NCBI GenBank assembly: GCA_965218975.1
Contig: OZ244717.1
Span: forward strand, 1,216,001 to 1,280,000
Length of the DNA stretch: 64,000 bases
Source: Candidatus Oxydemutatoraceae bacterium
GTDB taxonomy: Bacteria; Pseudomonadota; Gammaproteobacteria; Poriferisulfidales; Oxydemutatoraceae
Reading direction: 5' to 3'
Part shown: positions 41,806-53,610 of the stretch, piece after piece
Layout: each line of letters starts with the position of its first letter
Position numbering within the stretch: the stretch's first letter is position 1
Notes under the pieces: generated by a model
Database searches by the model: none
What the model saw: only the letters and a program-made list of their open reading frames with translations
What the model was told of the DNA's origin: nothing
Program-made: the position numbers and the translations under genes

Positions 41806-43353
41806 ATGAAAGATAAAAGCAAACTAATTATTTTCGATACGACATTGCGCGATGGCGAGCAAAGCCCCGGTGCTTCAATGACAACCGAAGAGAAGCTACG
41901 TGTTGCTAAAATGTTGGAGCGAATGCGTGTAGACGTGATTGAAGCAGGTTTTCCGATTGCAAGCGGAGGAGATTTTGAAGCGGTTTGTCGAATCGCCGAG
42001 GAAATAAAAGACAGTAGAGTCTGCGGCCTTGCACGTGCATTAGATAAAGATATTGACAGTGCGGGACAGGCGTTGTCGGCAGCGGCGGCGCCTCGGATAC
42101 ATACCTTTATAGCAACATCAGATATTCATATGAAGAAAAAGCTCTGTATGACAAAGGAACAAGTGGTTGAGCGAGCGATTGCTTCTGTAAAAAAGGCAAG
42201 AAATTATACCGACGATGTGGAATTTTCCCCCGAAGATGCCGGACGCTCGGAAATTGATTTTCTATGCTATGTGATTGAAGCGGTGATTTCTGTCGGCGCG
42301 ACGACGATCAATATTCCGGATACGGTTGGCTACAGCATACCGGTGCAATTCGGCGCGATGATTAAAAATTTGATTGAGAAAGTGCCTAATTCCGACCGAG
42401 CTGTTTTTTCCGTGCATTGTCACAATGATTTAGGGCTAGCAGTTGCCAATTCTTTAGCAGCGGTTATGAACGGTGCACGTCAAGTCGAATGTACTATTAA
42501 CGGAATCGGAGAACGTGCCGGCAATGCCGCACTTGAGGAAGTTGTAATGTGTGTGAAAACGCGACAGGACATTTTTACTTGCGATACCAATATTGATACT
42601 CAGCATATTGTTTCGGCTTCCAAGTTAATTTCCAGTATCACCGGCTTCCCAGTGCAACCGAACAAAGCGGTGGTTGGTGCGAATGCGTTTGCGCATGAAT
42701 CGGGTATTCATCAGGATGGCGTTATTAAACAGCGTGAGACTTATGAGATTATGCGTGCCGAAGATGTTGGTTGGAATGAAAACCGTATTGTACTTGGCAA
42801 GCATTCGGGGAGACATGCTTTTCGGTTACGTCTTCAGGAATTAGGTATAGACCCCACAGATGAAGAGCTCAACAATATTTTCGTACGGTTTAAAGAGTTA
42901 GCAGATAAGAAACATGAAATTTATGATGAAGATTTACAAGCGCTTGTTTCAGAAGCAGGGTTTGACCGCGCATTTGAGCGTTATGATTTGGTTTCTATCA
43001 AAGTAACTGCGGAAACCGGTAAGACTCCCGATTCAACGGTGACATTGAGTATCAACGACAGAACACAAAGTTCAAGTGCTCCGGGAAGCGGCTCGGTTGA
43101 TGCAACATTCAAGGCAATTGAATCGTTGGTGGATAGTAACAGCGAATTGTTGCTTTATTCGGTTAATAACATCACGACCGGCACCGATTCGCAGGGAGAG
43201 GTTACCGTACGTCTGGGTAGAAACGGACGTATTGTTAATGGCTTAGGTGCTGATACTGATATTGTGATCGCTTCGGCGAAAGCTTATGTCAACGCATTAA
43301 ACAAATTAGAGAGCAATGTAAACCGAAGGCATCCCCAACGCGGTGATGTTTGA
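41806..43353 (+). CDS. leuA: 2-isopropylmalate synthase
   Basis: [31 protein letters not shown], regulatory domain. Confidence 0.98.
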   Translation: MKDKSKLIIFDTTLRDGEQSPGASMTTEEKLRVAKMLERMRVDVIEAGFPIASGGDFEAVCRIAEEIKDSRVCGLARALDKDIDSAGQALSAAAAPRIHTFIATSDIHMKKKLCMTKEQVVERAIASVKKARNYTDDVEFSPEDAGRSEIDFLCYVIEAVISVGATTINIPDTVGYSIPVQFGAMIKNLIEKVPNSDRAVFSVHCHNDLGLAVANSLAAVMNGARQVECTINGIGERAGNAALEEVVMCVKTRQDIFTCDTNIDTQHIVSASKLISSITGFPVQPNKAVVGANAFAHESGIHQDGVIKQRETYEIMRAEDVGWNENRIVLGKHSGRHAFRLRLQELGIDPTDEELNNIFVRFKELADKKHEIYDEDLQALVSEAGFDRAFERYDLVSIKVTAETGKTPDSTVTLSINDRTQSSSAPGSGSVDATFKAIESLVDSNSELLLYSVNNITTGTDSQGEVTVRLGRNGRIVNGLGADTDIVIASAKAYVNALNKLESNVNRRHPQRGDV

Positions 43354-44071
43354 TTACTCTAAGAGGCGATTGCTTTATTTACATAAGATGGGTATTCCAT
43401 TTTATATCCGCAAAAACCTTACTTTGGCAGCTAAACAAAAGATACAGCCAATATCATCTTGGCAAGAACAAAGGCCAATGAATGATTCCGCGAAACAAGA
43501 CGGTTTACCTACGATATGGTTACAATTGTATTCGGAAATAAAGAAATGTACCAACTGCGCACTGCACCAGCGGCGCACTCAAGCGGTGCCCGGAGTCGGT
43601 GATATTCATGCCGACTGGATGCTCATAGGCGAAGCGCCAGGATTCGAAGAGGATAAAAAAGGCGAGCCGTTTGTCGGTCGCGCCGGACGGCTGCTAAATA
43701 AAATGCTGGCGGCAATCGGCCTTGATCGACGACAAGTATATATTACCAATGTTGTGAAGTGTCGCCCCCCGGAAAATCGCAACCCGCGTCCTGAAGAGAC
43801 GACTGCATGTGAAGATTATTTGCATCGGCAAATTCAAATGGTGAAGCCTAAAATTATTTTAGCGCTCGGCAGGATTGCTGCAAATGCATTATTAAATAGT
43901 AGCGCTCCGGTCGGGAAGTTACGCGGACGTGTTTATTATTATCAAGAATTAAAACTACCTATTGTGATCACTTATCATCCGGCATATCTGTTACGTTCTC
44001 CGCAGCAAAAACGCGCCGCATGGGATGACCTTAAGTTAGCGTGTAGGACAATCGGAATGGAAATATCATGA
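43346..44071 (+). CDS. Family 4 uracil-DNA glycosylase
   Basis: CxxC, GEAPG, PFVG.AG, KCRPP.NR, TYHPA. Confidence 0.93.
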   Translation: MFDYSKRRLLYLHKMGIPFYIRKNLTLAAKQKIQPISSWQEQRPMNDSAKQDGLPTIWLQLYSEIKKCTNCALHQRRTQAVPGVGDIHADWMLIGEAPGFEEDKKGEPFVGRAGRLLNKMLAAIGLDRRQVYITNVVKCRPPENRNPRPEETTACEDYLHRQIQMVKPKIILALGRIAANALLNSSAPVGKLRGRVYYYQELKLPIVITYHPAYLLRSPQQKRAAWDDLKLACRTIGMEIS

Positions 44072-44556
44072 GTGCGCTAGCTAGGGATATTCATGTCAAA
44101 GTTCGGCGAATGGCGGCGGAGGATTTACCCGCGGTTATGGATATTGAGAGGCGCGGTTATGAGTTTCATTGGAGCACGATTAACTTCAAAGAATGTTTGA
44201 CAACAGCTTGTGAGAGTATCGTTTTATTGTTAAATGATGAGATTATCGGTTACGGTATTATGATGATTGCGGTTGACGAATGTCATATTCTGAATGTATG
44301 TATTGATCCTGATTTTCAAAGGCAAGGTTATGGTTGCGCGCTATTACAAGAAATGATTGTGCATGCGATCGTTCTAGGCGCCGAATATGCGATTCTTGAA
44401 GTACGCTCGTCTAATATGCCCGCAATTAGCATGTATCAGTCTGAAGGCTTTGAACAAATCGGGTTGCGCCGCAAATACTATCCTGATTATGAAGGACGTG
44501 AAGATGCGTTGGTTTTTATGCGTCAATTGAAACCTTTATACGGAATGGAAGATTAA
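44068..44556 (+). CDS. rimI: Ribosomal protein S18 N-acetyltransferase
   Basis: HILN, QRQGYG, LEVR.SN, R.KYY..REDA. Confidence 0.93.
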   Translation: MSALARDIHVKVRRMAAEDLPAVMDIERRGYEFHWSTINFKECLTTACESIVLLLNDEIIGYGIMMIAVDECHILNVCIDPDFQRQGYGCALLQEMIVHAIVLGAEYAILEVRSSNMPAISMYQSEGFEQIGLRRKYYPDYEGREDALVFMRQLKPLYGMED

Positions 44557-44584
44557 CCAAAAAAAGAAAATTCTAGCATGGGCA

Positions 44585-45793
44585 ATGTACGACTGGGCAA
44601 ATTCAGCATTTGCCGTCGTTGTCCTATCGGGTTTTTTCCCCATTCTATATCGAGATTACTGGGCTGAGTCGCTTGCAAGCAAGGATGTTACCACCTCGTT
44701 GGCTATCGCGAATTCAACCAGTGGTATTCTGTTGATGCTGCTGTCGGTTTTCTTGGGTGCGATTGCTGATGTCGGCAATCGACAAAAACTTTTTTTAATC
44801 GTATGGATGAGTATAGGTGTTGGCGGCACGTTTGCGTTGGGAGCTGTGGCCGCCGGCGAGTGGATGTTAGTGCTAATTGTGTATGCGGTAGCAACCCTGT
44901 CGTTTATGATCGGCAATATATTTTATGACGCGATGATTGTTGATGTGAGCATTCCCGCGGAACGAGAACGGGTTTCATCGCTAGGTTATGCCGTGGGTTA
45001 TTTAGGAGGTGGTTTGTTGCTTGCCGGGATGAGTGCGCTTGTTTTATTCGCTGATCAAGTCGGTTTTTCAAGCGGAAAAAACGGACAAGTTTCGGCGATG
45101 CGCCTGAGTTTTTATGTAACAGGAATCTGGTGGTTGGTATTCACTCTGCCGTTAATTTTATTTATCCCAAATCGGAGACGAACCAGGATTGATTTCAAAG
45201 CGGCAGTGCATCGTTTTTTAAGCACCTTCCGCCTGCTTTCCGGACATTCAAATACCAAATGGTTTTTGCTCGCTTATTGGTTGTATATCGACGGCGTTGA
45301 TACTGTAATTCGGATGGCGGTTGATTACGGCAAAGTACTAGGTTTTTCATCCGGAGATTTAATTACCGCTCTATTGCTCGTACAATTTATCGGATTTCCG
45401 GGAACTTTGATATTCGGATTGATCGCTGAAAAAATTGGCGCTAAGCGCGCTGTTTTGTTCGCCGTCATTGGGTATGTAGGGATCTGCTTTTTTGGAGCTC
45501 TGGTTAAATCGTTAACCGGGTTTTATATGTTAGCGATAATGATTGCCCTCTTACAAGGCGGGATACAAGCGCAAAGCCGTTCGATTTTTTCAAAGTTGAT
45601 ACCGGTTAAAAATGCCGCTCAATTTTTCGGCCTATATAATTTGCTGGGGAGGTTTTCGGTAGTGGTCGGTCCTCTGCTGCTGAGTTTGGTCGGTGCGCTA
45701 ACGGACAATCCGCGTTTGGGTATTCTGTCGATTGTAGTGCTGTTTATTTTGGGAGGAATAATACTGTCACGTGTATCGGAGGCAAAAATTTAA
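44585..45793 (+). CDS. MFS transporter (UMF1/ATG22-like)
   Basis: YDWANSAF, VSSLGYAVGYLGG, about 12 TM. Confidence 0.88.
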   Translation: MYDWANSAFAVVVLSGFFPILYRDYWAESLASKDVTTSLAIANSTSGILLMLLSVFLGAIADVGNRQKLFLIVWMSIGVGGTFALGAVAAGEWMLVLIVYAVATLSFMIGNIFYDAMIVDVSIPAERERVSSLGYAVGYLGGGLLLAGMSALVLFADQVGFSSGKNGQVSAMRLSFYVTGIWWLVFTLPLILFIPNRRRTRIDFKAAVHRFLSTFRLLSGHSNTKWFLLAYWLYIDGVDTVIRMAVDYGKVLGFSSGDLITALLLVQFIGFPGTLIFGLIAEKIGAKRAVLFAVIGYVGICFFGALVKSLTGFYMLAIMIALLQGGIQAQSRSIFSKLIPVKNAAQFFGLYNLLGRFSVVVGPLLLSLVGALTDNPRLGILSIVVLFILGGIILSRVSEAKI

Positions 45794-45882
45794 GATCGAA
45801 TAATGAATTACCTTGAGCCTAGTTTAAAATAAGTCTGTGTAGCACTCGTTTGAATTTGCCTAAGCTTGCTAAGATCGATGGT

Positions 45883-48576
45883 TTACGTGTTTACGTTCGA
45901 TAAATTGTTCCACATACTTCGCCGGCAGATTCCGGAATAGTTGCAATACCGACAAACTTTGTCAGTCGCCCAGGCGGGCAATGGAGCCTCCGAGTGATAG
46001 TCGTCAAACCAGTTGAGTAAGCGTTCCATATGCTGTTTGCGTAGAGTTTGCAAATTTTCATCTTTATAATTGCTTACTTTAATTTGTGTATTTGCGATTT
46101 CACAGTAGGAAACACTTTCGATATCGTCGGACAGTAGCGCATATAAGCCGATTTGTACGTCTTCACCGCTTGCAATTTTGTTCTTGCTCGGCAGTTTGCC
46201 ACTTTTGTAGTCAAGGATATGTTTTTGCCCTTGTGTGTCTTCCACCATACAGTCCAAACGGCCGTAGATAGTAAATTTCTCGTTAATCGCTTGTTCAATT
46301 TCCTGTTCCATCCGGAATGTTTCCCGGATGAATTTTTTTTCAACCAGCCATTCGACGTATCGTTCCAGTGCGGCTTGCGCTTGGCGCATATCCCACATCG
46401 CGGCATAATGTTTTGCGGCGGCATCGGAAAAATGTGCCGTAACAATTTCTGCAACAAGTTTTTTTGCGTAATTGAGATGCTTTTCATCCCAAGGCTTATC
46501 CATTGGTCCCGGCAGCTGCGGATTTTTCTGATGTAGCGCGGCAATGCAAGTGTGTAAATGCCTGCCGTATACGGTTCGAGCATCGTATGTGGCAGGTTCC
46601 GTACTTTCTCTGATTGCAAGACAATAGCGAGCAAAAAATTGGTAGGGGCATGCGACTGCACTTTTATATGCGCTTGCTGATATTTTACTCGGCCACAAAT
46701 TTCTCGGTGCATTCGGTTGCGGTTGCTGCATGATGCTAGGTTTGGAAATTAATGCGGCTGTTTCATTGTAAAGCGTGTCCGCGCTAAAGTTGACTTCAAG
46801 TGTTCGACCATAAGTCAATTGATGGAAATTTTGCAGTTCTTCCGGCCAAGGAGCGGGGATTAATGTTTGCCCGTTTTCTGATACTTGACAAGTAAGCAAT
46901 ACTTTTCGCGCGCGCTGAATCAGTCTCTGAAATCGCAATGTGATTAATTCCGAATAAAATTTTCTGGTTTTAATTCCGAGTTGTTCGCGACTGAAGTCGT
47001 TTAGCGCGATGCCGGCAGTCGGTTGTACGTGACGTTTATCCAAAGCAGCGATGATCAGAGCTTCACTAGCGACTAAAGGCGATTGATTAAAGTTGTACAG
47101 CCTAATACCGCTGCCGGGATTCGGCGGAGTGAAGTCTTGCTTTTCAAGTCGGTGCATTAACCAACTACGCCATAATTGCCAGTCGCCCATTATAGTTTCT
47201 TGATCGGCAATATCGTGCATAGCATCAATTTCCTGACTTAGTTTTTTACCCGCAACATCTTGTAAAAGTGATGTATGCATTCCTAGCGCTTGTGTTGTGT
47301 GGTTAAGCGTAATGAAGAAATTGCTCAAAGGCTGCTGTTGTGTTTGTCGACATAATGCTTGTAATGGTTGTAAAGTATCGTTGATATGTGCGGTTATAGT
47401 GCGCAACTGCCGGCTTGTTTTCTGATGAGACAGAATAAACCGTTGCAGTTCGGTGAAGGTCTCCAGTACTTTTGAGGTGCTATTCATCAATCGATGAATT
47501 TCACCAACACATTTTTGCAGAGTTTCAAGCGTATAATTGTATCGGCAGTAAGGGGAGCGTATTAGGTTTAATAAGGTTCGAGGAGGAAAGCCGGTTTCTG
47601 CGGGGGGTATTAACAGAAACAGAGCTGCCGCACTGCTGGTTGTTGATAGCGCCCAGCCGACATAGTCATAAACGTTGATACCTTTTCTTTCTAATAATGC
47701 ACGGAGTCTGCGCGCAAGTTTTCGGTCTTGCGTCACGACAGCGATATCCTGTATCCCTTCGTTTAACCAATTAGTAATTTGGACTTGGATACCGGTAGCA
47801 TGTAGCTCAAGATTATCGGGCTTAAAAATTCGGACCCGTTCTTCCAACGGACTTTGGGGTAGCGTAATGCGACAATGATTGACAATCTCATTGAGAGATT
47901 GCGTTTCTTGTCCCCAAGCAAAGTTGAGCGCTCGTGCGAACGGCGGGGCTGCCGTATCTTCTTTCTCGGCAAACAAAGGTGGGGCGTATTCAATCCGAAT
48001 TAATTTTCCGGCCTCCTGCAATCGTTGTGCCCAGTCTTCTTCGCTGGGTGTTAGCAGGTCAAAGCCACACAGAAAAACCTCTTCGTTGTCCTGAGTCATT
48101 AGATTGTGTTCCAATGCTTGTTGATATAAATTATGTTCGGTTGGAATATCAGAGATTTCCCGGTGCCAACGAGCGTAAATATTTCCGAGTAATGCGGCTT
48201 CGTCCGTTAATGCTTGCTCTTTATTAGTAATAGATTCTTGTTGATTAATTTCTTCAAACAAGCTGAGCAAAGCATCGCTAATTTTCCAACAAACTGCTCC
48301 CGGAAACAAATCACGGTTGTCATTTAGCGCAGCGCTAAGCAGAAGTTGGCAATGTGCTTCGGATAAATAATGAGTTTGCTTATTTCGCGTAAGAAATAAT
48401 TTTTTCGGCGTAGTGATGATGGGAGGAATTAATGCCGGCAATTTTGCGGCATTCAATAAAGCCTGTCGCATTGCCGGAGCGTGCATTTCATGCGGCAGTA
48501 GAATAATAACCAAGTTTAATAACGGGAGTCGAGATTGATGGCGACGAACAACTTCAGCGGCGCAAACATCCAACAA
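45883..48576 (-). CDS. AddB-like protein with C-terminal PD-(D/E)xK nuclease
   Basis: DRKLARRLRALL, GWALSTTS, CPYQFF, GRLD..DYKSG, CRYC..GIC. Confidence 0.82.
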   Translation of the reverse strand: MLDVCAAEVVRRHQSRLPLLNLVIILLPHEMHAPAMRQALLNAAKLPALIPPIITTPKKLFLTRNKQTHYLSEAHCQLLLSAALNDNRDLFPGAVCWKISDALLSLFEEINQQESITNKEQALTDEAALLGNIYARWHREISDIPTEHNLYQQALEHNLMTQDNEEVFLCGFDLLTPSEEDWAQRLQEAGKLIRIEYAPPLFAEKEDTAAPPFARALNFAWGQETQSLNEIVNHCRITLPQSPLEERVRIFKPDNLELHATGIQVQITNWLNEGIQDIAVVTQDRKLARRLRALLERKGINVYDYVGWALSTTSSAAALFLLIPPAETGFPPRTLLNLIRSPYCRYNYTLETLQKCVGEIHRLMNSTSKVLETFTELQRFILSHQKTSRQLRTITAHINDTLQPLQALCRQTQQQPLSNFFITLNHTTQALGMHTSLLQDVAGKKLSQEIDAMHDIADQETIMGDWQLWRSWLMHRLEKQDFTPPNPGSGIRLYNFNQSPLVASEALIIAALDKRHVQPTAGIALNDFSREQLGIKTRKFYSELITLRFQRLIQRARKVLLTCQVSENGQTLIPAPWPEELQNFHQLTYGRTLEVNFSADTLYNETAALISKPSIMQQPQPNAPRNLWPSKISASAYKSAVACPYQFFARYCLAIRESTEPATYDARTVYGRHLHTCIAALHQKNPQLPGPMDKPWDEKHLNYAKKLVAEIVTAHFSDAAAKHYAAMWDMRQAQAALERYVEWLVEKKFIRETFRMEQEIEQAINEKFTIYGRLDCMVEDTQGQKHILDYKSGKLPSKNKIASGEDVQIGLYALLSDDIESVSYCEIANTQIKVSNYKDENLQTLRKQHMERLLNWFDDYHSEAPLPAWATDKVCRYCNYSGICRRSMWNNLSNVNT

Positions 48577-48611
48577 GTTATAATGACAGGGAACTGAGAG
48601 ATTAGGCGTGT

Positions 48612-48935
48612 TCAGCGTTCTAATAGTTCAATTTTATTTTCTTTGTCCGCCCAATCGTCGGCGTCCGGCGGCGGGTCCTTCTTAACTGTGATAACCGGCC
48701 ATTGTAACGAAAGTTCCGCGTTCAATTTAAGAAAAAATTGTTTCTCCTCGCTTAATTCATCTTCGGCAACTATGGCATCAACCGGACACTCCGGAACGCA
48801 TAAAGTGCAATCGATGCACTCCTCCGGATCAATGGCAAGAAAATTTGGGCCTTCGTGAAAGCAATCAACCGGGCAAACCTCCACGCAATCGGTATATTTG
48901 CACTTGATGCATTTGTCGGTAACGACGTAACTCAT
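48612..48935 (-). CDS. fdxA: 7Fe ferredoxin
   Basis: [30 protein letters not shown]. Confidence 0.96.
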   Translation of the reverse strand: MSYVVTDKCIKCKYTDCVEVCPVDCFHEGPNFLAIDPEECIDCTLCVPECPVDAIVAEDELSEEKQFFLKLNAELSLQWPVITVKKDPPPDADDWADKENKIELLER

Positions 48936-49628
48936 TCGTATATTTCTCGGATAAGGGAAATGAATGTTACTTTATACCTTTCATACGATATGCAGGTGAT
49001 TTGACTATGGATAGTATCGAATGAGCCAAATGAATTCAAAGTAATACTCTCAATGTTGTATCAATGTTGTATCAATGCCGACAATCAAAACGGCAGCAAA
49101 CACCGTATGCCGCATTTACACTTTTCAGCTTCCGCTATTTTAACCTCAAAATTTACTAGTCCGTCCGATACTCGGTTTTTTAATCCGTCGTATCTGTTTT
49201 AATGCCGATAACATCCTGTAGCGCTTCAATTTCAAAAGTTTCTTATGCATTGGCAGATTTGCGCTTTATATAACAGAACGCTCATGATTATATTTTCCTT
49301 CAATTAGGTTGAAAAATAAAGTGCTATGGGTCCGCCACCTATTGCATGTTGTATTATGGAATAACAGATTGAATCCGTAAACCTGCCCTTGCCTAGCCGG
49401 CAAACTCCAGACGTAATCAACGGGTCCGCTAGGATTACTTCCGGCAATCACTTGCGATATCGCTTACGGCAAAATACGATAGATACTATAGAGTGGCAAT
49501 AGTGTCATGTGTGGTGGAAGTAGTATAAGGAAGAAAGAATGATGGCGATGATGATATGGGGGTTTTGCGGCGAAGTGAGTTTCCCAAACTCCAATTATGC
49601 GCATTTACTCCTATAGAATAGTAAATTT

Positions 49629-50252
49629 ATGGCACAGAGTAAAAGCAGTGCGCGGTGGTTGCGAAGGCAATCGAACGATTATTATGTAAAGCAAGCTCAG
49701 CGGCAAGGTTGGCGTTCGCGCGCGGTAACCAAATTACAGCAAATTGATGAGCGGTATCATTTACTATATCCGGAGATGCGGATACTTGATTTGGGTGCGG
49801 CGCCTGGTAGCTGGAGTCAGTATTTTGCTGCGCGGGTTCGTCGAGGGAAAATTTTCGCGGTAGATATTTTGCCGACAAAGGCAATTCCCGGGGTGTTTTT
49901 CGTGCAGAGTGATATTGCCGATGCTAGATTATCGGAACAGATGATTAGTTTTTTTAATCATCAAAAAATTGACCTTGTCGCTTCCGATATTGCCCCAAAC
50001 ATAACGGGTATTAGTTCGGTAGATATGCCGAAGATTCTGCATTTGGCGGAGTTAGCGCTAGAGATTGCAAGTGAAATGCTGGAACGTAAAGGTTTTTTTC
50101 TAGTAAAAGTTTTTCAAGGACGGGGATTTGAAGAATATTTGCAACAAGTAAAGCATTGCTTTATTAAAGTACAAACTTGTAAGCCGGCAGCTTCAAGGTC
50201 TACAAGTAAGGAAGTATACATTCTGGGAAAATGCCTAAAAAGCGCCGGTTAA
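49629..50252 (+). CDS. rlmE: 23S rRNA Um2552 methyltransferase
   Basis: RSRA..KL, DLGAAPGSWSQ, SDIAPN, KP.ASR..S.E.Y. Confidence 0.96.
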   Translation: MAQSKSSARWLRRQSNDYYVKQAQRQGWRSRAVTKLQQIDERYHLLYPEMRILDLGAAPGSWSQYFAARVRRGKIFAVDILPTKAIPGVFFVQSDIADARLSEQMISFFNHQKIDLVASDIAPNITGISSVDMPKILHLAELALEIASEMLERKGFFLVKVFQGRGFEEYLQQVKHCFIKVQTCKPAASRSTSKEVYILGKCLKSAG

Positions 50253-50307
50253 TGTTATACTTTCCGATAGAGCGCAATGTTCTACTAGAAAGATAGAGGA
50301 ATGATAG

Positions 50308-52242
50308 ATGAGCGATTTGTTGAAAAATTTGATTCTATGGGCTGTCATTGGAGTCGTGCTCATGACGCTGTTCAACAAATTTATGACACCCGAAGAAAAA
50401 GCAACGTATGTGACTTATTCGCAATTCGTTGAAGACGTTCGAGAGAATCGAGTACGTAGTGTTGTAATTGAATCGGACAACCGCACGATTAACGGTTACT
50501 ACACAACCAGCGAGATGTTTACCACATTTAATCCGGGCGATGCTGACTTGGTAAACGACTTATTAAACTCTAATGTTGAAATCAGAACAGTCCCTGAAGA
50601 GGGGCGTTCCTTATTAGTAGATATTTTAATTAGTTGGTTCCCAATGTTGTTATTGATAGGTTTGTGGATTTTCTTTATGCGCCAGATGCAGGGTGCCGGC
50701 GGTGGACGCGGCGCCATGTCCTTTGGCAAAAGTAAAGCGCGATTGATGGGCGAGGATCAGATTAAAGTAACTTTCAAAGATGTTGCCGGCGTTGAAGAGG
50801 CGAAGGAGGAGGTTGGTGAATTAGTTGAGTTTCTAAAAGATCCCGGCAAGTTTCAGAAGCTAGGTGGCAGGATTCCAAAAGGCGTATTGATGGTCGGACC
50901 GCCGGGTACCGGCAAGACATTGCTTGCTAAAGCAATTGCCGGCGAAGCCAAAGTAGCTTTTTTCTCAATTTCCGGCTCTGATTTTGTTGAGATGTTTGTC
51001 GGTGTCGGAGCTTCTCGCGTGCGGGATATGTTTATGCAAGCGAAGAAGCATGCCCCATGTATTATTTTTATCGACGAAATCGACGCAGTCGGTCGTCATC
51101 GTGGCGCCGGGCTTGGCGGCGGACATGACGAACGTGAGCAAACGTTGAATCAACTGCTAGTTGAGATGGATGGCTTTGAGGGACATGAAGGCATTATTGT
51201 GATTGCGGCGACCAATCGCCCTGATGTTTTGGACCCTGCCTTACTTCGTCCCGGCCGTTTTGATCGTCAGGTAGTTGTTCCATTGCCGGATATTCGCGGG
51301 CGTGAACGGATTTTGAAAGTACACATGCGCAAAGTGCCGTGCCATGATGATGTTTGTCCTGATTTGTTGGCGCGTGGCACTCCCGGTTTTTCCGGAGCCG
51401 ACTTGTCGAATTTGGTGAATGAAGCGGCATTGTTTGCGGCGCGCGCTAATCGTCGTACAGTGTCAATGCGGGAGTTTGAAAAAGCTAAAGATAAAATTAT
51501 CATGGGCGCCGAACGCAAGTCGCTTGTTATGAGTGAGGAGGAAAAAGAATTGACCGCTTATCACGAGTCAGGGCATGCAATTGTCGGAAGATTAACCCCT
51601 CAGCATGATCCGGTTTATAAAGTGACTATCATTCCGCGTGGTAGAGCGTTAGGAGTCACGATGTTTCTGCCGGAAGATGACAAGCACAGCTATAGCAGGC
51701 AAAAATTAGAGAGTCAGATTTCTAGTTTGTTTGGCGGCAGAGTCGCTGAAGAGTTGATATTCGGTGATGATTCGGTTACGACCGGTGCATCCAACGACAT
51801 TGAACGAGCGACCGATATTGCTCGCAATATGGTAACTCGTTGGGGACTTTCCGAACGCTTGGGCCCTTTATCCTATAGTGAAGAAGAAGGACACCCGTTC
51901 CTTGGGCATTCAATGGCACAACAGGGGACACAGTTGTCGGATGAAACCGCGTCGGAAATCGATAAAGAAATTCGTGCGATTATTGATCGCAACTATCAGC
52001 GTACACGCGAAATCTTGGAAGAAAATATGGAAAAGCTGCATCTAATGGCAAAAGCGTTGATCAAATATGAAACGATTGATAAGGGACAGATTGACGATAT
52101 TATGGCAGGCAAGGAACCGAAACCTCCGAAAGATTGGTCCGAAGATGACAGAAATAATTCCGGTACAAGCGCCGATGTTGCCGATGAAAGTGAGGACCAT
52201 GCGCCCGACAGTGAATTGGGCGACCCGGCCGGTCAACACTAA
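50308..52242 (+). CDS. ftsH: ATP-dependent metalloprotease FtsH
   Basis: GPPGTGKT, second region of homology, HESGH. Confidence 0.98.
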   Translation: MSDLLKNLILWAVIGVVLMTLFNKFMTPEEKATYVTYSQFVEDVRENRVRSVVIESDNRTINGYYTTSEMFTTFNPGDADLVNDLLNSNVEIRTVPEEGRSLLVDILISWFPMLLLIGLWIFFMRQMQGAGGGRGAMSFGKSKARLMGEDQIKVTFKDVAGVEEAKEEVGELVEFLKDPGKFQKLGGRIPKGVLMVGPPGTGKTLLAKAIAGEAKVAFFSISGSDFVEMFVGVGASRVRDMFMQAKKHAPCIIFIDEIDAVGRHRGAGLGGGHDEREQTLNQLLVEMDGFEGHEGIIVIAATNRPDVLDPALLRPGRFDRQVVVPLPDIRGRERILKVHMRKVPCHDDVCPDLLARGTPGFSGADLSNLVNEAALFAARANRRTVSMREFEKAKDKIIMGAERKSLVMSEEEKELTAYHESGHAIVGRLTPQHDPVYKVTIIPRGRALGVTMFLPEDDKHSYSRQKLESQISSLFGGRVAEELIFGDDSVTTGASNDIERATDIARNMVTRWGLSERLGPLSYSEEEGHPFLGHSMAQQGTQLSDETASEIDKEIRAIIDRNYQRTREILEENMEKLHLMAKALIKYETIDKGQIDDIMAGKEPKPPKDWSEDDRNNSGTSADVADESEDHAPDSELGDPAGQH

Positions 52243-52275
52243 AGCACGAATATTTACAATCCGTAGATAAAAATC

Positions 52276-53592
52276 TTGGAACGTTATTTTGGCACTGACG
52301 GTATACGTGCACGTGTCGGCGATGAACCAATGACTCCGGAAACGGTACTCAAGTTTGGTTGGGCCGCCGGTCGTGCACTGTGTCGCGGCAAAGCAAAGGC
52401 GCTGATCGGTAAAGACACGCGCATTTCCGGCTATATGTTTGAGTCTGCGCTTGAAGCGGGATTATCTGCTGCCGGAGTTGACGTACATTTACTAGGTCCT
52501 TTGTCTACTCCGGGAGTCGCTTATCTAACACTTGCATTGAAAGCTGATCTTGGATTCATTATTAGTGCATCACATAATCTTTACTACGATAATGGCATTA
52601 AGCTATTTTCCGCACAGGGAACAAAATTGTCGGATGAGGAAGAAACGAGAGTTGTTGACCAAATGCGTCAGTCGTTACAGATTGGCGACCAATTAGGCAA
52701 GGCCTATCGTGTCAATGATGCGGTCGGGCGCTATACGGAGTTTTGCAAAGGAACGATTCGCCGAGGAATCAGTTTCAAAGGATTGCGCATTGCTATAGAT
52801 TGCGCACATGGCGCCGCTTATACTGTTGCGCCTCAAGTATTTTCCGAACTTGGCGCGACTGTATTTCCAATCGGTATCAACCCGGATGGGTTTAATATCA
52901 ATGCGGATGTCGGAACGCTGCATCCTGATACTTTACGACAAACGGTACTGGAAAATAACGCGGACGTCGGAATTGCGCTGGATGGTGACGGTGATCGTTT
53001 GATTCTGGTTGACGATAAAGGCGATGCCGTTGACGGTGATGAAATTTTGATGATTATCGCTGCGCACCGGCTGAAAAAAGAAGATTTGTATGGAGTGGTT
53101 GGAACTCAAATGAGCAATATTGGTTTAGAGCGCAGTTTAACTGAATGCGGAATCGTATTTGAACGTACGCAAGTGGGTGATCGTTATGTGATGGAGCGGT
53201 TACTAGAAAAAGGTTGGCAGCTTGGCGGCGAAACATCCGGACATGTTATTTGTTTGGATAAACTACCGACCGGTGATGGCATTATCGCCGCTTTACAGGT
53301 GATTCAAGCGCTAATCGACGAAGAGACATGTTTATCGTCCGCTAGAAAACTCATGAAAAAGTATCCGCAGAAATTAGTAAATATGTCGTGCCATGCAACG
53401 TTCCGTTCGGATATGCCGGAACTCACTCGAGTAACGCAGGCGGCATTGAATGCGCTGGGCGATTATGGCAGAGTTGTAGTTAGGCCTTCCGGTACGGAAC
53501 CATTAGTCCGTATTATGGTTGAAGCGGAGTCCTTTAGCGATTGTGAGAAGTGGGCGCAGGAAATCGCGCAGGTGGTCAAGCAATTGGCCTAG
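52276..53592 (+). CDS. glmM: Phosphoglucosamine mutase
   Basis: YFGTDGIR, SASHN, DGDGDR, RPSGTEP. Confidence 0.97.
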   Translation: MERYFGTDGIRARVGDEPMTPETVLKFGWAAGRALCRGKAKALIGKDTRISGYMFESALEAGLSAAGVDVHLLGPLSTPGVAYLTLALKADLGFIISASHNLYYDNGIKLFSAQGTKLSDEEETRVVDQMRQSLQIGDQLGKAYRVNDAVGRYTEFCKGTIRRGISFKGLRIAIDCAHGAAYTVAPQVFSELGATVFPIGINPDGFNINADVGTLHPDTLRQTVLENNADVGIALDGDGDRLILVDDKGDAVDGDEILMIIAAHRLKKEDLYGVVGTQMSNIGLERSLTECGIVFERTQVGDRYVMERLLEKGWQLGGETSGHVICLDKLPTGDGIIAALQVIQALIDEETCLSSARKLMKKYPQKLVNMSCHATFRSDMPELTRVTQAALNALGDYGRVVVRPSGTEPLVRIMVEAESFSDCEKWAQEIAQVVKQLA

Positions 53593-53610
53593 AAGTTATA
53601 ACCGAGCAAT

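Noticed and set aside
48940-49620. Long intergenic region with an 11-bp tandem (CAATGTTGTAT, ~49051-49077) as an ncRNA or remnant
   Set aside because: Only about 2.5 repeat units and no recognisable RNA motif or ORF.
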